NCBI GenBank assembly: GCA_032718475.1
Contig: JAUCBJ010000097.1
Coordinates: 32,889 to 96,888, forward strand
Length of the DNA stretch: 64,000 nucleotides
Direction: 5' to 3'
Source of the DNA: Nemertoderma westbladi
Lineage: Eukaryota > Animalia > Xenacoelomorpha
The stretch's first letter is position 1. Each line of letters starts with the position of its first letter. The position numbers and the translations under genes were made by a program. The notes below the pieces were generated by a model. It had not been told where the DNA came from. It worked only from the letters and a program-made list of their open reading frames with translations, and searched no databases. Shown here in pieces: positions 12,983 to 24,820 of this stretch.

Positions 12983-13004
12983 ATAACGGATATAGCTTCT
13001 TTAT
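12983..13004 (+). promoter_or_regulatory. Non-tRNA primer-binding site, complementary to LTR 12216-12237
   Basis: ATAACGGATATAGCTTCTTTAT has no TGG; pairs with ATAAAGGGCATATATCCGTTAT (12 perfect pairs adjacent to the LTR end; 18/22 Watson-Crick plus 2 G-U). Confidence 0.75.
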
Positions 13005-13049
13005 TGCAGTAAGCAATAAAGTTGAAAGTACCGGTCAACCGGTAAACCT

Positions 13050-13180
13050 GAACGGTACTTCAGTAGGTCAGTAGGCCCAACCGCCAGAACCGGTACTGCC
13101 GTAGGTCAGTAGGCCCAACTGCCAGAACCGGTACTTCTGTAGGTCCGTAGGCCTAACTGTCCTAACCGGTACTTCCGTAT
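13050..13180 (+). repeat. ~39-bp tandem repeats in BEL 5' leader
   Basis: aaccggtact..gtaggtc.gtaggcc.aac repeated 3-4 times. Confidence 0.8.
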
Positions 13181-13355
13181 AAGTACACTAGTATTATTCG
13201 ATTTGATTGTTGCATACCGGTAGGCTGTTTAAGGGATTAGGGATTGATCACCTCTTATTACTTTATATGGTTTACTTATTTCTGTCAAGTTTTATTTATT
13301 TGTAGGCCAGTATTGAACAGAAGGCGTGTAAGCCTGATCAGATTGTACAGACAAT

Positions 13356-13925
13356 TTGTAGGCTGAGCTGTTGTCTGATTGTTGTTAAGTCTGAACGGAT
13401 TGCAGTGTGCGTAGATCATCTGTCCGATAAAGAACGGTTAGGAAGTAGGGGCAGCGAATGCTGTAAGGTAAACCCACAACTAAAGAATAAGTCGTACTAC
13501 TGGGTTAGAACGCATACTACCTAATCATTTCGGAGTCTGCATGTCCTGTAGTTTATTTAGGCTTGAGAGTAGTCTGCCATCGTTTAGTCTGTACTTTGTT
13601 TGTGTAAGTCTGTACGGGTAGCGTATAATATTTATTTAGATAACTTGTAGGCTGAATAGTTGTCTGGCTGTTATTAGGTCTGAACGGATTGCAGTGTGTG
13701 TAGATCACCTGTCCGATAAAGAACGGTTAGGAAGTAGGGGCAGCGAATGCTGTAAGGTAAACCCCCAACTAAAGAATAAGTCGTACTACTGGGTTAGAAC
13801 GCATACTACCTAATCATTTCGGAGTCTGCATGTCCTGTAGTTTATTTAGGCTTGATAGTAGTCTGTCAGTATTTGGTCTACATTTTGTTTGAGTAGTTTG
13901 TACGCGTAGCGTAATATTTATTATT
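13356..13925 (+). repeat. ~289-bp tandem duplication in BEL 5' leader
   Basis: Copies start at 13356 and 13645 with a near-identical core. Confidence 0.9.
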
Positions 13926-15235
13926 CAGAGTTTATGCGATTATTCGCAACATTCATTCCCCAAGTTTGTTCCTACAGTAATTGTGTTTGTTATACATACC
14001 GCTATAGTTAAATTAACCCCGGTACTACACGGGCTGCTTGGCGTAGGTAAAGACTGGTGATTTTGTGCATCGGTCACTCCAGCAGATGCCGTGGTTCTTT
14101 TAGCTGTTCAAGTATATTTAACTACAGATTATATGTTATACAAGTACTCGTACCTAATTTAGGGTTTAGTGTACAGTGCTTTCCGAAAGTAATTAGTAGG
14201 CATTATATTTGTGTTGTAAAGTGGTTGATAGGCACGTTCGATTAGCTCTATTAACTTCTAGGTAGGAACACTCCGTGATACATAACGTAGTACCTGTAGC
14301 GATACGGCTATAGGTCGTCAGGCGGTGGTATTTTCCTATCTGGACAACGCAGTGTATTTACTACTACGTATTATTTTCAAATACTGCAGTACCCTGTCCG
14401 TTGTAATAACCAGATTTCTAACCCTTTGTTAGGCTGGTTTGTAGACTTCTTGTAAAATTACCCTGAAAATTCGTATTTTGTGTTTTTGAAAATTTTTGTG
14501 TTTATTTAGAGATTGTAATCTCACCCGAATTGTACGTAATTTGTAGTATTAAGTAACTTAGGTAAATTAGTATTATTTGTTTTAGTGTCCTATAAGTAAC
14601 ACTTCACTGAAAGCGCACCGCTTTGTGTAGTGATTACTCCCCAGAAATAATAACATTTATTTCAAACATTGACTAAACCCATTGAACGGGTATATATATA
14701 TTATAAATCAAATCTAACGATTTATAAATAGTAGGCCTACCATACAACCATTAGGTCTCAATATCAGTTGGATTACTGCTCAAATAACGGTAATAAAGTA
14801 AGTAAAGTAACCAAGTAACCTTAAAGTTCAGAAATTCAATTATTCTAAAATAATTGATATACCGGTATTTACGATAGGCCTATTATAATATTTATATTTT
14901 GTGCTGAAATCATACCGGTATTCTGTAATTAATTCAGTTAATAATTATACTTATATATACACTACAAACTGTCAGCTGTATACCGGTATTCCAGATAGGC
15001 CTATTATATATTTATATATATTTGTGCTAAAATTATACCGGTATTCTGTGATAAACCTAGTCTGTAATAATAGTTATATATACTATAAGCATACCGGTAT
15101 TCTAATATATTATATATATCAAGCTGCACTGAGTAGCAGTACCGGTAATTAATTACTAGGCTAGCAGTTAATACTGAATTACTAGACTTGCTCAGACTGT
15201 AATACAGCAGTAGACATTCAACTGTATACATAAAC

Positions 15236-17956
15236 ATGTCTGATACTAAGCAGAACCTGTCAGACAGTTTATTAGATGTAACTATCTGCGACTCAGATAG
15301 AGGCGTAGAACCGTCTAGTCGTAAGTTCAGTTCACCTCCCACTGTGAGGAAAGTCATCCCTCCAGTAGTAATAAAAGAACCTAGGCTGGTTCAACATCGT
15401 AGGTCTATCATAGGCACTCGAGCTCAGGTCAAACGGGACCAAGAAGCAGCGGAACAGCAACAACCCGCGAGCCAAGAACTTACTTCTCAACGGCCCGATA
15501 GCTCCAGTAGTGAAGATACGGTAGAACTGACACCCGAACGCGGAGCAAGGATGATGGATGAGGCTTATTCAGATCCCCTTCTCATCCTTCCTGCAGCCGT
15601 ACTCACTAGGTTATTGATCGCTGTGGAAGAACACCAGATCGATTGGGCGAGAAGCCAGCGTTCAACTAGAGATAGTTATGCGGGATACACGAGTGAAGAA
15701 CTGAAGTCTATTGTCGAGTCGCAATGGAACTTCCCCGGACCCGGACTCCCGTTTGATTTATCAGAAGCTGCCTGGGAAGACATACACCGGATGGGAGTAG
15801 CCAAAGAAACCATAGATCCCGCTGTGTGGAAGAGGTCCGCAGCCGGATACGCACAGGGATTCTTCAGCTCTATAGAGCGATTAAAAGAACAACTGTTTCA
15901 TCAACCTCAAGGACCTCAAGAGCAGGGATTGCTGCTTTATCAAGTTAGAGAAAGAATTCTACGAATCAGGCTAATCTTATCGGCCTTTGAGGAGGCTTCT
16001 AAACGAAGACAAGACACGTCGTTGCAAGTCGCCGTAAAGACTTGGTTTCAAAGGGTGAATCTCCAGGTTCAAGGAACAGCTCAGTGGAAAGCTCAGCTAG
16101 AGGAGCGATCAACCCATGGAGAATCAACAGACGCTACTTTTTCCCAAGTGGAAAGTGAAGCGACGGCAGAGAAACCGCATAAGAGGGATGCCATTGATAT
16201 CTATCTGTCAGACTATCAACGTTTTTTAGGTGATGACGAGTTGAGGAGAAGGTTAGAGGGGCTTACCCCTAATAGTGAAGGAACCAAGCTTGTGCTGGAT
16301 GCCATCGATGTGGAAATGAGAGCTGCGAACCAGGCTAAATTTGATGAACAACTCCGCATCACACGAGTCCAGGAGGAGCAAATCAAGAAAAAACGTATAG
16401 AAGACAGAAAGACAGTGGCAGTGACAGCAGCAGTGGCAGCGGCAGAAGCAGAAAGAAAAGCGGCAGTGGCAGCGGCAGAGGCAGAGGCAGAAGCCGAAAG
16501 AAAGGCGGCAGAGGCAGAGGCAGAAGCCGAAAGAAAAGTGGCAGCGGCAGCAGCCGAAGCAGAAAGAAAGGCGGCTGTAACAGCGGTCGAGGCAGTAGCA
16601 GAAGCAGAACGGAGAGCTTCCGAAGAAACCACCCAATTAGAATTGGAAAACATTCAGGAGAATCAAGACTGCATAAATAAACAGTTAACAGCTAGTAATA
16701 TGCAGATGATGAATCAATCTACTCCCAAAAGACAGGGATATACATCATCTGAGGAAGGCGATACCACCGATACTGAAGGCAAAGGAAATAGATCTCGTCT
16801 AAGCAGACGTAAAAGAACATTCCACTGTCAGAAATTGCCTGATTTGCCTCCAGCTGTTAGAAGGCAACTAAATAACACCAACTTAGGTAGTACAGAGCCC
16901 ACAGACCAAATAATTAAAATAGAAAGACTCCCTACTATAGTAGATGAGCCTGAAATAATTAGGCCTGTTCTTGAAATCACCCCTTCGGTGATAGACACAC
17001 CTTTGCTCCCTGAAACTACCTCTAAATTCCCTCTGCATAGCACTAAGCTACCTGTGCCCCGTAGAACTGCCCAGGGGACAGTTCAGGTCCTGGACCCCGA
17101 GCGAAATATTCATAATTTGTCGCCCGTTGTCCCTCGTCCGCCCGCTACAACGTTGGCGACTCCCGCTTCGGCGGTCGAATGGGTGGACGAGAGACGGCGG
17201 GGGATGGATATCCTGCTCGGGCAGATGCAGGAGACTGTCCAGCAATTCAAGGGCACAGTAAGGGAAAGTAGGCTAGAGTTGCAAGAAGTGCAGCAAAGTA
17301 TCGCGCTAGAACGCGATAAATTAGTAAATACTCAAAAGGGTATACTGCCACCCTCTGTAACAATGTGTCAACCTGTTAGGTCTGAAGTATCTCATGCGCA
17401 AGGTGTGGAGCCTACACGCATATATACTGCTAGCGAAGTAGAAACTCCTATAGTGAACCCTATTAAGGGTAATTATAGACCTGTTGATAATGACATTCCC
17501 TGCAGAACTGATCATAATCCGAGAAATTTATATACCGATAACTCGATATTAAATAACACGATGGCCCAAGAAAGTTTTACGCGTCAAATGGCTAGAACCG
17601 AAGCCCGGCAAGCGGTAAAGGTGGGAGAGATCGTCAAGTTCAATGGAGATGAGATGAAATGGTTACCTTTTAATGTATATTACAAAGATAACATACAGAA
17701 CTCTGTACTATCTAATGGAGAAAAACTTAGATACCTCATCGAGTGCTTGGAAGGATCTCCCAAGTTAATGGCGTTAAAGTTTATTGGACATCCAGACGGA
17801 TTAAGACAAGTTTGGGACACACTAAACATCAGGTATGGTAATAGGAATAATATCGCTAAGTATTTATATGCAAAATTAGTAGCGCCCAGAAAGTTCATCA
17901 GCAGTGGGATAATAGAGTTTTCCGATGAGATTCAAGAGATCTGTAGACAATTAGAT
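15236..17956 (+). CDS. gag: BEL gag-pol, part 1 (Gag N-terminus, Ala/Glu coiled coil, DUF1759-like)
   Basis: KFNGDEMKWLPF...LSNGEKLRYLIECLEG is typical of Pao Gag; interrupted by the Gypsy at 17957. Confidence 0.88.
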
Positions 17957-19164
17957 TGTGGAAGCGCTATCGGCGCCCGGTCCCGGATCCACGGCCACGC
18001 ACTATCCCGCTCGAGGGGTGAGCTGGAGAAGACTGAAGTGAAACTAGCTGCAGTATATCAGTATATTGTGTATTGAGTTGAGATACATGAATAACAAATA
18101 ATGATATGATACAATCAGACAATGAAACTAATAACGAACTACCTACAAAACATGACTGACAACCCTACACCGGTAAGTCATCTCAATAACTAAACTGAAT
18201 GATAACTGCTGACTGCGCCCTGCCCCCAGGACTATATCCCTGACAGCTACCGTACAACCAGCTGTTCTGTTCACACCCTAGGATACTACTATATCATACC
18301 TACTTAACCTATACAATACATACTAATCAGTCCAATAATACACCATCCCATAATACAATATCACATCCCCCCTTCTTAAAAAAAAAACTCGCCCACGAGT
18401 TTCTAGAACGCACAAACTACAAACCCCAAGTCTAATGACTACATCGACAAGTAAAGTCTACCTCAACGGCAGTATAGATACTGTATATGAAGCACGATAC
18501 CAACAATACATTCAACTAGCCTAAGGCCAATAATATCTAAATCGAAATTTCGTACTGCATGTATCGTAAGCCAGTATGACTAAAGAATAACACGTACAAC
18601 TCAATGAGTAACCAAATAACACTATATCAAGCATAATTGCAATCTATAAATCGCACCACCGTAAGTAACCGACCATAGTACAATCCATAAAATGTGTCAC
18701 TGCCACAATAAATCAAGGCTATATAAGTAAATAATTAATATGTGTATCTATCACATGAAAATGTATCCATACAGTATCTATCATAAACATGTATCCATCC
18801 ATACAGTATCTATCTATCCGTATCTTATGTAATAATAATACGTAATGACGTAACAAAAATATACAAAAAAATATATATGTTGGAGTTATGTACATAAGGT
18901 AAATAATAATACATACAGAATAGAGAATACTCTACAAAAGGTACATAACTGAGGCACAAAATATCTCGTGGGCGAATAACGGGTGAGAGCCGAGCAATGG
19001 AACGGAATTAAAAAAAATCACAATATCTAAATAATTCAGGATAACAATTTTTTTTTCCAAACAAAAGTTATTCATTGTTAATAAATGCAATTTATCTATG
19101 TAGCCATGGTAACCAGCAAACAGTCAAGTCACATCGACTACGTCTCTATAATTTGCGTCAACGG

Positions 19165-22100
19165 TCAACAGTCGCTATCGTCACCGTCGTAGACGTCCGC
19201 ACTGTCGTTCCCCCTACCTGTATCATCTCCCGTGGAGTTACTTTCTTCCCTATAGTATGGCTTTAAGTCCTTCACATTTACAATAATAAGTCGAGAACGT
19301 GGATTTGGTTTTCCCGATTTTCCCAACAGTTTAATGGCATAACTTGATTTACCAACCTGATCAACAATAGCATAAGGACCCCTAAACCTGAAGCTCAGCT
19401 TCGTATTCTTACCTTTGGTCGTCCTATCATAGTATAATACAGACTGCCCCTTAGTGTAGGTTCGAATGTTACTGCGTTGGCGCTTCCCCAGCTTACCATC
19501 GTGGTATTGTTTCTGTTTCACCTGTGTAAGCCTAAGAGCTTCCCTGGCTATCCCATGGGCCCGCTCCAAACGAAACCTTAATTCGTCTGCGAATGTTGCT
19601 TCATCTGCTAGCAAGCTGTACGGCCGGGCTATCTGCGTGTCTACTTGAGTTGTCGCCTGTCGCCCATACATTAAAGAGAAAGGAGTTTCCTTAAGTGTAC
19701 TCTGAATCGAAGTATTATAATTAAACGCAACAGCGGGAATAAACTCGTCCCAATTATGCGGGTTGGTAGCTGTCAACGATAACATGTTTACAGCTAACTG
19801 GTTAATGCGTTCTGTAAGACCATTGCAAGCTGGGTGGTATACCGACGTAAATACGGAAACAATACCAAACATTGCAGTTAATTCCTTGAATAAATTAGAC
19901 GTGAAATTACTACTCCTATCGCTTAATAAACTCTCGGGGGCGCCGTATATAAGAAAAATACCATCCACTAAAGCCCTGGCAACGGTAGCGGCTTCTTCAT
20001 TTGGTAACGGGAGGAGGGAAGCGTAACGAGTAAGATGATCAACTACTGTAAGGATAACCTTGTTACCTTTAGATGACGTCTGGAAGCCTTTAACGATATC
20101 AATTGAAAGGCGTTGCAAGACACGTTCAACGACTGGGAGAGGTGACAGTGGTTGGGTCTGAGGGACGCCCTTCCTACGCTGGCATGGGTCACATTCACGA
20201 ATGTGCTGCTTAACATTATCCTTTATACCTACCCAATAATACTTCATATGGATAGCACCTACCGTTTTATCAATACCCATGTGAGGCTTTTCATCGTGAC
20301 ACATGGATATAATTTGTTGCCTTAGTAACTTAGGAACTACAATCTGTACCTTCGATTTACCGTTACTTGTTGATAAATGGCAGAGTATATTGTCAACCAT
20401 AACATATTGTGCTCTAAATTTGAGCATGTAACGATACTCGTGTAGCGATTTGCGCACATCGGCATCGGCTATTGTAACAGCTGTGTCCAGTAATGTATCA
20501 ATCATAGGCTGTAAGTTATTGTCTTCTGATTGTAACTTACGCAAGGCAGTCAATGTGCAGTACTGTTGGCCGCCCGGAAGTGTCCAATTATTATTATTGT
20601 CATTATTGATAATGTATGTGACGTCACTATCGTGGTTGGGTCTGTCTGGGGAACTTAGAATGTCACATGGATTAGGTTTTGGCGGCTGCACGCCATTGTC
20701 TAGGTCCACCTCAACAGCGTTTGGTCTATCGCTATCATTATGTAGGTCTAAATTGGCTAGTCCTATCAAGCAATAATTATCTGACGAGACTGGGTCATTA
20801 TGCATAGGGGGAAGTAACGTATCCATGGCAACCGGTTCATTAGAAACGGTTTCGTCTCGTTGGTTGCCAGGGGTTACCTGTAATGGTATTCTAGAAAGAC
20901 AATCAGCGCGGTTAAGTCGGCCTGGCCTGTAAACAAAATTGAAATTAAATTCAGACAATTTAACGGCCCATCGCTGCAAACGCCCTGGAAGTTCGAGTTT
21001 GGTCTGTAAACAACTGAGTGGTTTATGATCCGAAACTAACGTAAATGCGCGGCCAATGAGGTAAAACCTGTGTTTCTGCATTGCCCAGACCACGGCTAAA
21101 GCCTCTAGCTCCGTAATGGACCACTTTCTCTCAGCGTTGCTTAGCGACCTCGATGAGTAAGCGATTACGCCCGAATCCTGATATAAAACAGCTCCTAAAG
21201 CTATACCGCTAGCGTCAGTCTCTAAGTAAAACGGCTGGTCGAAATCAGGGTGTTCTAGAATAGGGTTATTAATTAGGCGTTTCTTAAGGAATGTAAAAGC
21301 CTGCTCACAATCGCTTGTCCATACGAACTCTTGGTTTTTCCTTAACAACACGTTCAAGGGAGCTACAATCTTACCATAATCCTTAATAAATTTCCTATAG
21401 TAACCACATAATCCTAGGAAGCTATAAAGTTGCTTTGCATTGGCCGGTCGCGGAAAATCAACCATGGCTTGGACCTTATCCTTGTCCATATGCTGCCCTG
21501 AGCTATCTATCACATGGCCTAGGAATTTTACAGATGTCGCCCCGAACATGCACTTACTTGGTTTGAGCTTCAAGCCGAGATCGATAATTCTACGTAATAG
21601 AATGATAATAGTACTTACGTGGGTGTCCCATTCCCGGGTATACAGTATGACGTCATCGAGATAAACGAGAACGTACTCGATACCATGCAACGCTAATTGC
21701 ATAAGATTCTGGCAGCCAGAAGGGCTGGACTGGAGGCCAAAGGGCATTCTAACAAATTCGTAATGGCCACTATGTGTTACGAAAGCGGTTTTATGTGTAT
21801 CTTCAGCGGCTAAGGGTACCTGCCAAAACATCGATTTAAAATCGAGTGTCGTAAAATATTTGGGCCGTGCTGTGCCAATTTCCGACAACATTTCGTCTAT
21901 GCGCGGCAAAGGCCAAAATTGTGGCACAGCCGCAGCGTTAAGGCGGCGAAGATCAACGCAAAACCGCCACTTACCATCTTTTTTTTTACTTAATATTATT
22001 GGTGCCCCCCACTCACTGTTGCTAGGTTGAATAACACCTGCGGCTAACATATTGCCTACCTGTTTGTCAATCTCTTTCCTAAGCCCCATAGGTACTGTAC

Positions 22101-24633
22101 GTGGTCTCGTGTAAAAGGGCTTAGCCTCTGGTTTAAGTGGGATTCTATGTTCTAATAGGTCAGTCTTACCTATATCGCAATCTCCAAAGGAAAACGCCGC
22201 AGCATGTTTAGTAGCAATATCTATTAACTGGGTCCTCTGCTGAGGCTCCAAATGATCTAACGGTAATTCCTTAGCTAGATACTCCCTTTGTATGTCGCGC
22301 TCTACCGAGTCTTGTTTAACTTCTTTATTGAAGCTATCATTATCTACTGTACAATATAATGCAATTTTCTGATTGCGATATATTGTAACCGGGTAGTTAT
22401 TCGGATTTAATAACTGCACTGGGACCTTACCTGATCCGTCCAATGGGTTAGAAACTACACTTCGCGCAGTTAGATACGAACCCCTTGATTTTACTAACGG
22501 CTCTATCATTACCGACTCTGCTAATAATCCATTATCATACAATTTCCCTGCCAGTCTCACCTGTGTCCCTGCTGGGATCGTAGTCTTATCTATCGCAGAA
22601 ACAAAACAACAAAAAGGGTTTGTACTCTTACCGTTACCAGCGTTGCTGGGCGTGTTTAACCTCGCAAAGTACACTCTTTCCTGGTTGGTTAGAACCAAAC
22701 ACCTGTCTAGAAAATCTATGGACGCACAAGCAATACTTACGAAATCTAACCCTAACAGAAACGGGGGAATCCCAACACAAGATAAGTCTGCTACGTGGAC
22801 CTCGAGGGAAACCGAAAAATTGCTTGTAACTGATATTTGTAAAGTAGCCAATCCCATAGGTTTAACCTGTCCCCCTATACCGCTAATAGGTGGTAAATCA
22901 AGGGCACGCAACTGCACACCGGATGGGAGTTTCCTAACATCTATCAGGGAATAATGTGAGCCACTATCTAAAAATGCTTCACCATCCTCGTTTTCGATTC
23001 TTACTGGAAAATGCATGTCTAGTTTATTGGACACTACAGCTGTGTACATTGAAGCTGGATTGGGATTTAAATCCCGGTTTGTGTTAGGATTGGGATTAGG
23101 GTTAAAATTAGGGTTAGGGTTGTAAGTAGGGTTAGGGTTGTAATTCGGGTTAGAGTATTGCCTGTTAGGATTTGAGTTGATATTCGTACGTGGTCTAGTG
23201 CAATTTCGGCTATAATGTCCCGGTTCCCCACAGTTGTAGCAAGTAACCGAACTGTTGCTACTGTAGTTATTAGATCGGGGTGTAAACCCTCTGTTACTGC
23301 TGTCCCGTGAGTTGCCCGTACCGCTAGTACCAGTCCACCTTGCGTTGGGGTCAAACCAGTTATTCTGTCCCCGACCGTGATTATCGCGGCTATAATTGTT
23401 ATTGTAATTGGCGCGTGGGTAGCTACTGGTATTTGGTGTCTGATTGGACAGTTTCAGTTGTAAGTCCTTCAGTTGTCTTTCTAGATAACTCATATCAGTC
23501 TGTTTTGGGGACTGTTCTGAAAAACTAACCTTGCTGTATGAAGTTTGTCTGGGACTGGGAGGCGGTTCCCTGGGCCTATTACTCTGGTCCCTACGATCGC
23601 CCAATTCACAGCCAAATATACCATTATTTTCCTGTCTTAAATAAAGTTCCTCGCGCCTAGCACGGTGAACTGCCTCCCCAAAATTGCGCGGTTCTGTTAA
23701 CCGTATACTTCTCGCTAATTCAGGGGAAATCCCTCTATAAAATATTGGCAAAAGTAAAAGTTCCCGTTGCTCAGTGCTCATTCCCGGAAAAGCTTGTACC
23801 CCTAAACTAGTTATAATATCGGAAAATTCAGAAATAGTTTCCCCCACCTTCTGTTTACGATCTAGTAATTCATTGTACACAAAACTAGTATCCTGGGGGC
23901 AAAAACGGGCACGTAAAATATCACGAATTGCATCATAGTTTTCCTGTTCATGTTCAGCCAGTTCATCAAGGACACGTGCAGCCCTACCGGTTAAATAAAC
24001 AGGCACAATCTTACCGAGAGCGTCGTTCTTCCACCCCCTGAGTCTGGCGATCCGTTGCACCGATCTGTTCCATGCCTCGAAATCACCAGAACCATCAAAG
24101 CAGTCCGGTTCCTTGCGGATGCTTTCCATAGTCGGATCTCGTTGTCGAGTAGTCGACGGAGCAACTGTTGGAGAATCCCGTCGTCGAGTAGTCGGCGAAG
24201 CAACCGTTGGAGAATCTCGTCGTCGAGTAGTCGGCGGAGCAACTGTTGGAGAATCTCGTCGTCGAGTAGTCGGCGGAGCAACCGTCAGAGAATCCCGTCG
24301 TCTAGTTGTCGGCGGAGCAACCGTCAGAGAATCCCGTCGTCTAGTAGTCGGCGGAGCAACCGTCAGAGAATCACGTCGTCGAGTAGTCGGCGGCCCTGAA
24401 ATTGATCGGTTCAAGGATCCCCGTTGCCGTCGCGATCCGTGTAACGAGGGCGAGAGAGAACTACGACGCAACTTTGAAACAGCTCCCGATGACTTGTAGA
24501 GGAACGAATGTTCGTCCGTGCTGTCTGGATGAGGAGAACCAGAAGCGGAACGCAGTTGCTGCCGATAGGAAGGCTTACCCGTGGGAAAGTTAACGCTTCC
24601 AGCTTGTTTGCGCTCGGGTCGACGCGCAGGCAT
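19165..24633 (-). CDS. gag-pol: Gypsy single-ORF gag-pol (1822 aa)
   Basis: CYNCGEPGHYSRNC, FLDSGS, WRFCVDLR, MPFGL, YLDD, ETDAS, HHCC plus D,D,E integrase in PR-RT-RH-IN order. Confidence 0.96.
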   Translation of the reverse strand: MPARRPERKQAGSVNFPTGKPSYRQQLRSASGSPHPDSTDEHSFLYKSSGAVSKLRRSSLSPSLHGSRRQRGSLNRSISGPPTTRRRDSLTVAPPTTRRRDSLTVAPPTTRRRDSLTVAPPTTRRRDSPTVAPPTTRRRDSPTVASPTTRRRDSPTVAPSTTRQRDPTMESIRKEPDCFDGSGDFEAWNRSVQRIARLRGWKNDALGKIVPVYLTGRAARVLDELAEHEQENYDAIRDILRARFCPQDTSFVYNELLDRKQKVGETISEFSDIITSLGVQAFPGMSTEQRELLLLPIFYRGISPELARSIRLTEPRNFGEAVHRARREELYLRQENNGIFGCELGDRRDQSNRPREPPPSPRQTSYSKVSFSEQSPKQTDMSYLERQLKDLQLKLSNQTPNTSSYPRANYNNNYSRDNHGRGQNNWFDPNARWTGTSGTGNSRDSSNRGFTPRSNNYSSNSSVTCYNCGEPGHYSRNCTRPRTNINSNPNRQYSNPNYNPNPTYNPNPNFNPNPNPNTNRDLNPNPASMYTAVVSNKLDMHFPVRIENEDGEAFLDSGSHYSLIDVRKLPSGVQLRALDLPPISGIGGQVKPMGLATLQISVTSNFSVSLEVHVADLSCVGIPPFLLGLDFVSIACASIDFLDRCLVLTNQERVYFARLNTPSNAGNGKSTNPFCCFVSAIDKTTIPAGTQVRLAGKLYDNGLLAESVMIEPLVKSRGSYLTARSVVSNPLDGSGKVPVQLLNPNNYPVTIYRNQKIALYCTVDNDSFNKEVKQDSVERDIQREYLAKELPLDHLEPQQRTQLIDIATKHAAAFSFGDCDIGKTDLLEHRIPLKPEAKPFYTRPRTVPMGLRKEIDKQVGNMLAAGVIQPSNSEWGAPIILSKKKDGKWRFCVDLRRLNAAAVPQFWPLPRIDEMLSEIGTARPKYFTTLDFKSMFWQVPLAAEDTHKTAFVTHSGHYEFVRMPFGLQSSPSGCQNLMQLALHGIEYVLVYLDDVILYTREWDTHVSTIIILLRRIIDLGLKLKPSKCMFGATSVKFLGHVIDSSGQHMDKDKVQAMVDFPRPANAKQLYSFLGLCGYYRKFIKDYGKIVAPLNVLLRKNQEFVWTSDCEQAFTFLKKRLINNPILEHPDFDQPFYLETDASGIALGAVLYQDSGVIAYSSRSLSNAERKWSITELEALAVVWAMQKHRFYLIGRAFTLVSDHKPLSCLQTKLELPGRLQRWAVKLSEFNFNFVYRPGRLNRADCLSRIPLQVTPGNQRDETVSNEPVAMDTLLPPMHNDPVSSDNYCLIGLANLDLHNDSDRPNAVEVDLDNGVQPPKPNPCDILSSPDRPNHDSDVTYIINNDNNNNWTLPGGQQYCTLTALRKLQSEDNNLQPMIDTLLDTAVTIADADVRKSLHEYRYMLKFRAQYVMVDNILCHLSTSNGKSKVQIVVPKLLRQQIISMCHDEKPHMGIDKTVGAIHMKYYWVGIKDNVKQHIRECDPCQRRKGVPQTQPLSPLPVVERVLQRLSIDIVKGFQTSSKGNKVILTVVDHLTRYASLLPLPNEEAATVARALVDGIFLIYGAPESLLSDRSSNFTSNLFKELTAMFGIVSVFTSVYHPACNGLTERINQLAVNMLSLTATNPHNWDEFIPAVAFNYNTSIQSTLKETPFSLMYGRQATTQVDTQIARPYSLLADEATFADELRFRLERAHGIAREALRLTQVKQKQYHDGKLGKRQRSNIRTYTKGQSVLYYDRTTKGKNTKLSFRFRGPYAIVDQVGKSSYAIKLLGKSGKPNPRSRLIIVNVKDLKPYYREESNSTGDDTGRGNDSADVYDGDDSDC

Positions 24634-24802
24634 ACAGTGGAATAATCGTCAGAGACCCGCCACCCACAGTCTGACTGCCTGATGCAGTGATGGGTACGGT
24701 AGTTGGTCGTGGTAGCGATAGCCTGGTAGGCCAGACAGAGTTAGAGTACCTGTTGCCGGTAGCAGGTAGCGCGGTAGGCCTGTCAGACTGTCAGTTTCTC
24801 TT

Positions 24803-24820
24803 CTCCCGGACAAGCCCCCA
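24803..24820 (-). promoter_or_regulatory. tRNA-Pro primer-binding site of Gypsy element
   Basis: Minus strand TGGGGGCTTGTCCGGGAG versus canonical tRNA-Pro PBS TGGGGGCTCGTCCGGGAT. Confidence 0.88.

Noticed and set aside
17957-18076. C-terminus of the 946-aa ORF
   Set aside because: Read-through into the Gypsy LTR; the real frame continues at 25233
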